NCBI RefSeq assembly: GCF_022045235.1
Contig: NW_027266265.1
Location: forward strand, 47,430,001 to 47,494,000
DNA: 64,000 nt
Direction of reading: 5' to 3'
From: Haliotis cracherodii
Taxonomy: Eukaryota
Below the pieces are notes generated by a model. That model ran no database searches. It had not been told where the DNA came from and worked only from the letters and a program-made list of their open reading frames with translations. Below, one piece after another: positions 1 to 11,382 of this stretch. A program made the translations under genes and the position numbers. Each line of letters opens with the position of its first letter. Position 1 is the first letter of the stretch.

Positions 1-140
1 CATGTCATCGCATCCAAATTCCGTGGGTCCATGCGCATGAAATCAATCACTGGGTTGTCTGGTCCAGACAAGATTTTTTACAGACCGCCGTCATACAGCT
101 GGAATATTGCTGAGTGGGACGTTAAATAACAAACAAACAC
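1..140 (+). mobile_element. Family B SINE-like element (3' part; window edge)
   Basis: cagaccgccgtcatacagctggaatattgctgagt..gttaaa(AAAC)n tail. Confidence 0.85.
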
Positions 141-293
141 GCTAAATACATGTCCAAAAGACTAGGCTCGAACTAGTTTATACTCCTAGCAAGGTTGAGA
201 AGAGAACTCTCCTTTGGGAATTTCGGTTTAGAATTGATATCAGGCATCCTATGAAGGGATTTAATGGAACGGGTGGTCAGGCTCGGTAATTTG

Positions 294-452
294 GGGGAGG
301 CGGGTAGCCTTGTGGTTAAATCGTTCGCTCGTCACGCCGAAGATCCGTATTAAATTCTCCACATGGGTACAATGCGTGTAGCCCATTTCTGGTGTCCCTC
401 GCTGTGATATTGCTGGAATATTGAAAAAAGCGGCGGGAAACCTTACTCACTC
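294..452 (+). mobile_element. SINE family A (tRNA-Asp-like head, ~160 bp, (ACTC)n tail), inserted in an old family-B copy
   Basis: Matches family consensus; TSD ctcggtaaYttg at 282-293 and 450-461. Confidence 0.88.
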
Positions 453-749
453 GGTAACTTGATTTACTGCGTGTCACAGTACTCTGGCGTTGCTCATAAT
501 ACCAATCACTGGTGTGTCTTGTCCAGAAACGATAATTTACAGGCTGCCTTCATGAAGCTGAAATGGTGCTGAATGCGGCGATAAACATCATTCACTCATT
601 ATGTTTCAAGTTCAAATAACAGAGAAATAATACACTATTGCATAATCTAAAACACATCATGTAACATTTTAATATTCAAACCCAAAGCTGGGGCAAACAC
701 ACATAGATATACCATATGAAAATAATCACCTTATTTCTTTCAACGTTGA

Positions 750-994
750 GGGCGGTCGGGTAGCCAAGTGGATAAAGCGTTCGCTCGTCACGCCGAAGGC
801 CCGGGTTCGAATCCCGTCATATAGCTGGAGTGCGGCTTTAAACAACAAACGAACAAAAGGGTACAATGTGTGAAGCGAATTTCTGGTGTCCCCCGCCGTT
901 ATATTGCTGGAATATTTCTAAAAGCGGCGTAAAACCATACTCACTCACTCACTCATTCACTCAGTCACTCACTCACTCAGTCACTCACTCACTC
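750..994 (+). mobile_element. SINE family A carrying an inserted family-B tail fragment (815-858)
   Basis: A box tagccaagtgg, B box ggttcgaatcc, long (ACTC)n tail. Confidence 0.88.
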
Positions 995-1682
995 TACTTT
1001 GGGGAAACAGTAACCAAGATTCCCAAGATGTTCAAGATGTACACCGCCTCACCAACTGGTTCCCAGGACGAATTACATATCATACGCTTCGTTTGAACAC
1101 AAGTGCTACCTAGCTTGCACGTGCGCGTTATTTTTTTCAAATCAAGCCCCAATCTCGTTGTAATACATTCCTCCCAGCTCCTGATAACCGCGTGGTGGCG
1201 CCCTCTATTGAGTATGGCAAGCAGGTACAACTGTACTCTGTATGTGGCAGCGCTGAGTTTGTTTTTACATTCGCTCCCCGCTAACGATAGGGTAAACACT
1301 CAAACAAAATTGTGTGTCTATCACATTTGTTAAAAACTTTTATGTTTGGCATATGAGGATCGCATTGGGTGGGAGTCTCCTTTATATCGAGTGGGTGTCA
1401 GTAATGCCAAACACGTGTCTTTTATAGGGCGATGTTGCTGCTATACCATTTTATAGGGATTTCCAAAATGGCGAGAACGATTAAACCACACATTTACTGG
1501 GCTTAGATTTCAGCATGTATGAATGGTACAGTTAGACTGTGAAATCAGTCATTTCGGGAAATGACTAAAACTGTCAGTCATTTCGTGATTCGTAATTCAT
1601 TACTAGGCATTTCATGAATTGAGTAAACAGTTTCCATAGGGAATAATTAATTAAGAAAAGAGAAAAATCAGCATCCTCCTCC

Positions 1683-1794
1683 TCCTCATCATGATCATCA
1701 TGATCATGATCATGATCATGATCATCATCATCATCATCATCATCGTTGTTGTCCAGAATGGTTACTTGATTAATCTTATATATCAATGTTTTTT

Positions 1795-1839
<45 letters not shown>

Positions 1840-1970
1840 GTTGTTGTCCAGAATGGTTACTTGATTAATCTTATATATCAAATTTTTTTTATCATCATCA
1901 TCAGCATCATCATCATCGTTGTTGTTGTCCAGAATGGTTACTTGATTAATCTTATGTATCAATGTTTTTT

Positions 1971-2018
<48 letters not shown>

Positions 2019-2150
2019 GTTGTTGTTGTCCAGAATGGTTACTTGATTAATCATATATATCAATGTTTTTCATCTTCATCTCATAATCATCATCATCATC
2101 AACATCCTTGTCGTCGTCGTTGTTGTTACTTGATTAATCTTAAATATAAA
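1683..2150. repeat. Compound tandem repeat: ~48-bp constant unit alternating with variable (ATC)n
   Basis: gttgttgtccagaatggttacttgattaatcttatatatcaatgttttt x4 plus a partial fifth. Confidence 0.92.
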
Positions 2151-2548
2151 TTTTTCTTTGGTTTGAATACATGGTTCTCAATAGTTCTTAGGTGTTCGAA
2201 TTGTCTATCCTAGTTTAAATAGGTGCATGAAACAGATGTTTTCTCGGCAAATCATTTGAATCTATATATCTCACGTGATAATGCTGCCAAACTAGCTACG
2301 GCTTCGACACAGAACCGGTAGCGTTACTTATACCAGTAGTAGCAGCTGTAGGAGAAGACGTGGTCGACATTAAACTAGCAACGCCACAAGCAGCAGTCGA
2401 AGTGGAAGTAAAAGCAGAAACAGTAACAGCAACAACAACAGCCACGTCATATGCAAGCAGCAGCGATAGTGGCAGTGAATGTACCAGCATAGAATTCGTG
2501 TCAGGTCATGTGACTTGATGCTACAGCAGGCGGACATCGGAAGCTTTG

Positions 2549-2790
2549 TCTGTTTGTTGTTTATCGTCGAAGTCAGCAATAGTCCAGCTGCATGACGGCG
2601 GTCTGTCAATAATCGAGTCTGAACCAGTCAATCCAGTGATTGACTCCATGAGCATCGATCTACGCAATTGGGATAGATGACATGAATCAACGAAGTAAGC
2701 GAGCCTGACCACCCGATCCCGTTAGTCGCCTCTTACGACAAGCATAGTCGCATTTTACGGCGTGCATGGGTTGCTGAAGACCTATTCTAC
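2549..2790 (-). mobile_element. Family B SINE-like element
   Basis: Matches consensus including duplicated gcttgYcgtaaRaggcgact unit. Confidence 0.88.
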
Positions 2791-2802
2791 ATGGGAAGCT
2801 GG

Positions 2803-2952
2803 GTGAGTGAGGTTTCACAACGCTTTTAGAAGTAATCCCGTATATCACGAATTAAGGACATAAAAAATACTAATAGACTTCATGTATTGTACTCATGTAG
2901 GGAATCGAACCCGGGTCTACGCCGTGACGAGCCAAGGCTGCATCACCGCCCC
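2803..2952 (-). mobile_element. SINE family A, degraded
   Basis: gggaatcgaacccgggtc..cgtgacgagc core and gagtgag tail. Confidence 0.75.
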
Positions 2953-4194
2953 ATCATTTGTGCCTCGAATGGTCCTTTACATTGAAGTCGCATGTGAAGA
3001 AATCATTTTTATAATAGTTGAACACTATCTGAGTATAACATTCACTATTGCCCTGGTTACAGCAGCTGAGGTAGAAATAGCTGTTGTTAAGACATCAAGT
3101 AGGTGAAGAAAAGCAGGGAGAAAAGCAATATTTACTTCTGTCAGAAAACAGAACATTCCTACTTCGGCACCACATGATATAAAGTAGCTTAAACGCCAGA
3201 TAACTATTTAGAGTTACCTCCCTTAGACCAACACCCGTCCTGACAAGAGCGCCTCGCGCTTCCAGCCATATGGCATTGTTGCGGGCTTCGTTATTAGACA
3301 AACAAACTCGGGGCAGCTGTCAGAGATTCATCGTCGTATTTGAGATCAAAATAGCAAACAAGAGATCTAGCCAGCTGCTTATCTGAACTCGTAAACACGA
3401 CTTCTCTCCTCGCCTCCAGTTTGTACCAAATCGACATATAGGAAACGCCGATATTCTGAAGGTTAATTATCCTATTCGCTGCGACCTCCTGTTTTGCGGT
3501 GTAAACACTTTTAAGAAAGGTGTTTTACATATGGGTGATTTTCCCCTTATTTTTCTCCAATCGCGAGAAGGGAAACGTTTCACATGTGCGCGAGAACTCA
3601 CAAGAAAACAAACGATAGAGACGGCGATGGGTGGTGCTGGGGATGTTCGACACAAAATTCCCTCTGCCATTTCTGCCATTCTGGTGATAATAAGCCGCTA
3701 AACATGATATGATTGAAAGACAAACACCATATTGAAGACATCATGGGGGCATTGTACTCGGAGATTGCTCAGTCTATTCCCGATGAAGATTTCGTAACGC
3801 CCGATGATTACTGCGTACGGGTGTTAGACAACAACTCCAGGAATGAATGTCTACACAAAGTAAAATTTACTTACATCCGTTATACAATGAAACATTCTAC
3901 CTAATGATTAAACCCTATATGCCTGTTAATATCACCCCTTTTTAATGCAATTATTGGATGGATTCTATGGTCCTGAGCTATGACTGGAATTTTTATTTTT
4001 TTATATTATTTTTTACTGAAAGCCTAGGCAAGTCTAGATCAAAATAAACCAATTCTAGTTTCCTTGCAGAGATGGGAAGGTTCTTTTGGAAAGAATCAAA
4101 CAATTTTTTGAAGAAGTGTTTTCATACACTAAGTGTTAGTCTCCGTGCATTCTTACATACGGTGAATTGTTTAGAAAGCCTTCATGACGTCCGA

Positions 4195-4350
4195 TGCAAG
4201 TCACAGTTTTGGTGAACAATTTGTTCAGGTGAATACTTGACTTTCCTTTGCATGTGTTTGCGACGGCGCCACCGGTGGGGCACGATACGCTCATCATTTC
4301 GCAAACACCTGGAATCATCACTATTTGATGCTGATTTATAAACACGTGAT
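4195..4350 (-). repeat. Family E' dispersed repeat (other copies 16330-16465, 34930-35047)
   Basis: Shared tgcatgtgtttgcga..gccaccggtggggca.gatac.ctca plus the ccaggtgtt.gcgaaa core also found in family E. Confidence 0.7.
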
Positions 4351-5344
4351 AAGACATTGATATTAAACTGTAAAATATATAAATGTGAAATGTTTTTTCA
4401 GATAGTAAGAATATCATATGATATAGTCGGAATCGTACACGGGACTCTGCCATATTTCTTATGATTATAGAAATAAGGATGTTGCCGCTTTTGTTTTATT
4501 ACGAGGTATTCACAATGTGGTTCTGTCTAAAGCCAAAACAAAAAGCATATTCTTTCTTTGGGTAAAATCTGCTCATGTTTCGTTTTGTTTGCATCGTACA
4601 TGATACGTAGCTTGGCTCCCGTTCACAGATGGACTTTCAATGCCATTGAATGAATGAATACATGATATTTTTTTATTGGATAACAACACCTTTTTTCTGA
4701 AAGAATGAAATAGAATTAGGGCCGATCTTGTACCCCAAAAGGTCTAATTGCGCCAAACACTATAATTATACAAATCTTAAGTTTTACAAGAAAATGGTAC
4801 TTCTCAATGGTACCAAAATCACCAACATGATATAAAATATCATTCATAAACATCCATGTTCAGAAAAGAGGTTAAAACAATGAAAATGACCGTACTCGAA
4901 AATACACTGGAATACAGAATTTATTCACTAACAAGTAGATATGCATTTTGATAGTTAAAAACAGATTAAACGCAATCCACCTCGCAAGAATCTTTCAAAT
5001 ATCCGTATATGAACTAGATGAAGTATTTTACGTTATTTTGACAAAAATTAAAATCGATATTTGGGCAGATCCTTAGGATGAGATTTTGTCCTCAAACGGA
5101 CAAAAGAGATCAATTCATGCACATTCCTTCAAATATATTTTCAAATAATTTCTGGAGGGGGGAATTAAAATAGAAATATTGTCAATATTTGACCTTGAAA
5201 GTACTTGCAATCGGTCGGTATACATAGTCGTTCCGATAAAATATGATCTGTTGCAAGAGGAAAAAAGAGAGCGCAAAATACTTGTACTTGTATTCTTGCC
5301 ATGGCCGTGAACGTAACGTACAATGATGTAACAGAGACTGCATT

Positions 5345-5452
5345 TGGTGAGAATCTGGGATTCGAACCCGCCATAACTGGTTTCTGGCAGGCATGGGGAC
5401 ACAACTCTTCATAGCGAAATCCGGCACCCTAGACGACTGGGCCACCTGGCCA
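5345..5452 (-). mobile_element. Family D SINE head fragment
   Basis: Reverse complement reads ggtggcccagtcgtctagggtgcc..gccagaaacc..gcgggttcgaatccc. Confidence 0.75.
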
Positions 5453-6014
5453 CATGGACAAGAACTCTGAAAGCCTCATGGCAATATATACCCTGAGATA
5501 TAAACCCTCCGACCAGATCGTATAGCGTGTTTTGAGTATAATGCCAGAGACTTGCGTTATTGGAGAAGCGTATTAATTGATAGTCATTGTCGTTATTAAT
5601 CAGAGCTAGAGCCACTGTTAGTCCGCGCGGCAACCTCTGCGCTTTGATAGGAGACAGGGTCCCGGTCAATCATCAATGAACACTATCGTGTCGTATTGTA
5701 AAGGGAGATTGACTCTTCTTTGAACTGACATATATACCGACAAGCTTAACCTGACTGGGTTCTACTTTCCACTCCTACATTGGGGAATTGTTCCATTTCG
5801 CCCCGAGCTATATATGCAGACAGCTCGGAACGAAGAGCAGTGAACGTATCAAAAGGGTGAACTGAATTACTTTAGCGCATGTACCTCTGAGCCTATCCGA
5901 TAGAACACTATTGTAGCCCCGTCCAGCATTGAATGCGAGGCATACCAAAACACGGGGACTATACACCATGCATTATGCTTTTAACAGCGTAATTTATCAA
6001 TACTATGTAGTCCT

Positions 6015-6122
6015 GGGACCACTTGCACAAAGCGATCTTAGCGCTAAGATCATCGTAACTCCCATACTTTAGCATAGGCTTACAATAGTCTTACGGCTAA
6101 GATCGTTTGTGCAAGTGGGCCT
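6015..6122. mobile_element. Palindromic MITE (~108 bp)
   Basis: ccacttgcacaaagcgatcttagc pairs with gctaagatcgtttgtgcaagtgg. Confidence 0.8.
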
Positions 6123-6573
6123 TGAGGCTTGATATCTAAAGAAACATTTCTCATTTAAAGATTTTTCAGTTTAATGTGTCAATATTTTCACGACCGTTGC
6201 ATTTGAAATTTGGCCCACTATTAACGTAATGCTATTTTTAAGGAGGTTCCTGAGGGACATCTAGAGCCACAAAACGGATTGCTGCTTGCCTTAACCGCTG
6301 CTACCGTCTATGAAGCCAGACTTTGTGAATCCCACGTGCTTGTTCGTGTGTTACACGTTATTGAACACATACTGGGAAAAAGTTGTAAAATCCATATTTG
6401 ACCGGGAGATATAACATTTTAAAATTTAAAGAAAAAGCTAAATCCCTTACTTACTTTAAAAAGGGTTCCGGCGAACACATACTAGTTTTTGTGACCAAGG
6501 ACGTATTCTGGAATGGGATCTATTTGTGAAGGCTGGGTCATGCTGCGTATGAAGTTTCTACAGATTTTTGTGT

Positions 6574-6770
6574 TTATTGTTTATCGATGCACTCAGCAAT
6601 ATTCCAGCTATATGACGTCGGCCTGTAAATAATCATGTCTGAACCAGACAATCCAGTGAGCGATGTTATGAGCATCGTACCACGTCGTCTGGGTACAATG
6701 ACACACAATCAACCAGACCTGTTACGGCAAGCATAGGTAACTGAGGACCTCATCTAATTGGGATGTCATA
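6574..6770 (-). mobile_element. Family B element, degraded
   Basis: Tail and body match consensus with deletions. Confidence 0.78.
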
Positions 6771-6982
6771 GGGGTTTCGACAGAGCCGTGTTCAAGTTAT
6801 AAGACGTGACGCTGATCGTAGTCGAATATCACCTCGGTGAACACAGGGTTCACGAGAATGGACCAATGATCATAATTAGAGCTCATCTGGGATTCGAACC
6901 ACGACCAGCGGATTCAGTTGCATACATACGCTCTTTAATCCTGATACCCGAACAAAGCAAAACCATATTACTTCAATAAATC

Positions 6983-7234
6983 ACCCGTGAAGATCTGGGT
7001 TAGAATAGGTCTTCAGCAACCCAGACTTGTCATAAGAGACGGCGAACGGAATCGGGTGGTCAGGTGGCTGACTTGGTTGATGCATGTCAGGGTATCCCAA
7101 ATGCGTGGATCGATGCTCATGATATCAATCACTGGATGGTCTGGTCGAGACTCGAATATTTACAGACCGCCGTCATAGAGCTGAAATATTGCTGAGTGCG
7201 GAGTTAAATAAACAAACAAACAAACAAACAACAA
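6983..7234 (+). mobile_element. Family B element, full length
   Basis: Starts acccgtgaagat; (AAAC)n tail; TSD acttcaataa at 6970-6979 and 7235-7244. Confidence 0.9.
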
Positions 7235-7686
7235 ACTTCAATAACTAAAAACGACAAAACACTTTCCATATCCACAAGAAATCTCTCCAAGAGTCGGCTG
7301 TACTATTCTGACTACATCGTAAGCAGGTGTCTATGAATCAACGGTTTCTCTTCAAAATGCTCTTGAAATTGTATTGAGATTAATAATATATCCATTGAAA
7401 AACACATTTGATCCGTTTGTAATACCAAATTTCCAATAATATACAGTGAATCTAGGTAACCCGAACTTTCAAGTCATAAAACCCCGGCTTTCTACACTAC
7501 TACTGACGTAACAACTACAAGGACACTTTATTCTGAAACAATGATTCGTTAAACCGGACATTTCTTAATACAGACGATATCACCGAGAACTGCATCGTCC
7601 GGATTAGCGAGGTTCCAATCTATTCTCCAAAACTAAAATACCTTCACATGTATTGCACCGCTGTCAAAAAGACTCACAGTCCCATA

Positions 7687-7805
7687 TACTACTCAAAACA
7701 AGTTAAGGACCACCATATTCTTTCATATTATAGTTAATCGGCCATAGTTTGACAGATTATCTTTTATAATATGAAAGAATCGGGTGGTCCTTTATTTTTT
7801 TAGTA
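7687..7805. mobile_element. Tc1-like MITE with long TIRs
   Basis: aaggaccacc..attctttcatattata pairs with tataatatgaaagaat..ggtggtcctt. Confidence 0.75.
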
Positions 7806-9270
7806 ACTTCTGAGAGTGTTAATTTCTTCAAACATTCACGTCAGTTTCTGAAAGCACTCAAAGAAAAAACAACCTCTGAAACATGTACAGTAATTTCTCT
7901 TATTGCGCCGGTGTCCGGGTCAACGATTAGGGCGACTGCACAACTTCGTCTCCATGCTCCGTTCCGTGGGAAGGGGGAGCGAGCCCATAAAGATCCGTGA
8001 CGATGTTCCAATGTTCAATGATTTTATCAGACAATCGGACAGTTTAAGATTTGTCATACTTCCTAAGGATTGTGGGAAAGTTGCAGTGGTGGCTTTAATG
8101 CGCTAAGGTCGGCATATCTACGGGGGCAATGTAAACACTTCTTACAACTAATTAACAAAATAATTTCCCATGTAAAATTACAGCAACCGAAGAAATATCT
8201 CCACGACCTTTGCACATGTGTCAAAGATTCGGCCGTTTGTTCACAACACGTGTAAACGGCTCGACACCACAATATGATTTTACACTGCTTTGGTCGATCA
8301 TCTGAACAGCCAGGCTAAGGTTTCACGGGAAAAATACTCCATTGGGGCCCGTTGGTTAGACACCTAGGCCCTGAACGAGCGTATATATCATTCCGTAGAG
8401 CTGCGTTTCCAGTCCGATCCTAACGTGGGAATGGCAAGGCTAGGAAGTTCTCAGTTTCTGTGGAGGGGGGTTTCAGCAGCTTGTCTTACAAGTGTTCAAA
8501 TACACCCATGTAATATGGCGACTTGTTAGGGAGTAATTAAACTTGTAGAAGCAATTACGCGGATCTTATTTTAAACAAGTTCCACCCGAGTGGAACGATC
8601 CGTATCCTCGCGGTTGACTTCGGATTCTCGGTTGTCGGGGAAACTCGGTGTCGCCAGATCTGGGACGGGCTTGTCATAGAGAGACGTATCTTTGCCGTCT
8701 CCAAATGAACGTAAAAAATGTGCTTTTTAACCCATTTGTGCTTGAAATGTGTGCGAACAGAGCCCACGAAGAATTCACAGGTTGGTGTCGCTAAACGTTC
8801 AAAGAAATATTAAAAATACCATTTTGTCGTGATCAGGGATATAACAGGCAATTCTTCCATGGCAATAAAGATTCTGAGCATTAACATATTATCGAAGAAC
8901 GCTGTGGGATATGTGGAATGGTCTCAAACCACAAAAAAAGTCTACAGCTGCTTAAGAGAAATGGTTTGGGAACTGCATTCTTTTTCTGAGAGATAATTCT
9001 TTCAATTTCAAATAAATTAATATACAATACAGATGCAAATTCTCAATTATCCGATCACCTTTCAGATATCTGCAAGTAAATTTAAATTTTATTGAATTAT
9101 TACTGCACATAACTGTTTTTACTTTTCTTTTTTGAGTGTGGCATTTGATGTAAATCCATTCTCATAAAATGTGATATATCTGTATTAAAAAAACGACTGA
9201 AAACAACAACATTATCTTCAAATCGTTTGTTCATGTATAAGGTAGTGATTGTTGGTTTCCATTGTGTGAT

Positions 9271-9431
9271 GGGACGGTTGGGGTGTAGCCTCGTGGTTGA
9301 AGCGTTCGCTCGTCACGCTGAAGACCCGGGTTCGATGCCCACATGGGTACAATGTGTGAAGCCCGTCCCTGGTGTTCACGGTATGATATTGCTGGAATAT
9401 TGCTAAAACGGCGTCAAACATTTCTCACTCG
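9271..9431 (+). mobile_element. SINE family A
   Basis: Near-consensus head, body and tail. Confidence 0.88.
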
Positions 9432-10270
9432 GTTCGAACCATTATTCATATATCTGAACTACTGTACTGTTAGAGTTTAAGCAGCTTCACTCACTGACAG
9501 TGCCGAATAAACAATAAACGTACACCACTGATGTCAAAATCAACAATGATTCATATTTTGAAATCAGCTACGCAAATTGTTGGGGGTTGGGGGTGGTTTG
9601 GAGGGGGGAGCGTTCCTCGGTAGACTTGGCCTGTCAGCGCCATTGCCGAATATTATCACCACGCATAATTACCATGTGAAGTTGGGCAGAACGTAGAGGA
9701 CCCTGAGAAAGTCAAACGCCGCCGGTTGGGAACTCTTCCAGCTCTCAGGATATGTAAAAAGCGTTGCTTGGTATTTAGCTACGAAACGTACGCTAAATTA
9801 ACCGACATGTACCCAATTTCTTGCATTGCCGGTCTCAAACGTGATCAAAATTACGTTTGACAGTAAAATTACTCGTTGCTACGAGATGCAATGGCTCCCG
9901 TCCGCATGAGTAATGTGTCAATTATATTATAATTTTTGGTTCATTTTCCGGAGGAAAAAATAACAATCAAGTACTCATTTGCAGTTTCGCTCAAAATTTG
10001 ATTCAAATTGAACACTTAATCCGTATTTAAACAATTATTAGCCGATGAAAATCAAAAGCGACATCTGTTCCTTAAATCGTGTATGTGCGTGTTACAAGTT
10101 ACAACCACCACTGTGGGGTTCATCGTGTGTTGCCAAGTGGTAAACGTCAGAGACCCGCATCACTTAGGGGTTTCCTCCCACAAATGGAATACTGTTCAAA
10201 GCGGTCTGAAACCCACTCACTCACTCACTCACTCACTCATCGCGGGTTGCATCTTGACAAGGTAGTAGCT

Positions 10271-10534
10271 TGGTTGGTTTGTTGTTTAACGCCGCACTCT
10301 GCAATATTCCAGCTATATGACGGCGGTCTGTAAATAATCGTGTCTGGACCAGACAATCCAGTGATTAATGTCATGAGCATCGATCCACGCAATTGGGATC
10401 GATGACATGCATTAACCAAGTCAGCGAGCCTGACCACCCGATCCCGTTAGTCGCCTTTTACGACAAGCATAGTCACCTTTTACGGCAAGCATGGGTTGCT
10501 GAAGACCTATTCTACCCCGGAATCTTCACGGGTC
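10271..10534 (-). mobile_element. Family B element, full length (reference copy)
   Basis: Perfect 11-bp TSD aggtagtagct at 10260-10270 and 10535-10545 fixes the 5' end at GACCCGTGAAGAT. Confidence 0.93.
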
Positions 10535-10834
10535 AGGTAGTAGCTAGTCGTACCAAGCGTGTATACATTTTTGGGAACAACACGCATATAAAGTTTGCTT
10601 GTATCAATGAATGTTGTTTTACACCGCAATCAGCGATATATACTCCAGCGGTTATATACTCCAGTTGCAAATAATGGAGCCTCGAGGCGTATATCTGTAG
10701 CAACGCGGTACTTTCGCTGTACGATGACACGTAATAACTCATCTAACACATTGTAACCATGCTTTCATGTCAGTCTTTTTGACTAATGTTTAATCTCTGA
10801 GAATATATATTTGATTAAAAAAAACGCTTTTATA

Positions 10835-10910
10835 TTGAAAAGGAGCCCCAGCGAGACGGGAGATTCAGAATCTTGACCTTGGGAAAATCTAGACTTGCTT
10901 CATTTAGAGC
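10835..10910 (+). repeat. Family G dispersed repeat (second copy 36289-36356)
   Basis: ttgaaaaggagccccagNgagacgggagatt..gaaaatctagacttgcttcatttagag nearly identical in both. Confidence 0.75.
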
Positions 10911-11382
10911 TTCTGCATTACAGAAAGGGCTGGATGTTAATGAAATAATATGGTTCAGGGACTGTGAGACAGACAAGTCAGTCTTTAAATGGTACGGGGT
11001 GTTTAGGAGTTAATATTTTCCGTGAACCCTGACACAGTTGAGCGTCAAGGTTTCCCACTACAATGCAGTCTCGTACATGTAAATAAACTAAACATGTATA
11101 TAATGGAATCCTCGAGTGTCTTAAAGGGGGTGAATATAGGCTGCTGGAGCTGAGAAAGGGATGAGAGAGGAAGGGGGATGAATGTTTTATTAAATATATG
11201 CTCTGGGGTCTGAATGAGAGACAAGATTCCTCGGGGTTTGATGTAAACTATAGGTAATGACAAAACTATGTTTTTGTTGTCGACTTTAACACATTGTCTT
11301 TGACAAGTAAAGCGGGAGAGTGAATTAGGGTAATTTTACATGCTTACTTTTTATGCAAATATGTGTTAGCAAATTTTTTTTA

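Noticed and set aside
1683-2150. CRISPR-like repeat/spacer appearance
   Set aside because: Spacers are (ATC)n microsatellite, there are no cas genes, and the context is eukaryotic.
2296-2490. Ala/Thr/Val-rich ORFs
   Set aside because: Decayed CAG/AAC triplet low-complexity sequence.
8556-8708. RILAVDFG motif resembling RuvC/YqgF nucleases
   Set aside because: Frame is about 55 codons between stops with no start or further motifs; likely chance.
9731-9745. 14-nt match to the 3' part of miR-750 (similarly miR-1175 near 12924)
   Set aside because: Seed absent and no hairpin; the second match lies inside retrotransposon coding sequence.
10440-10534. Canonical HDV-like fold for the family B head
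   Set aside because: I could not place P3/L3 (CC for P1.1) and a C-N-A J4/2 in the right order; kept only as an unclassified structure.
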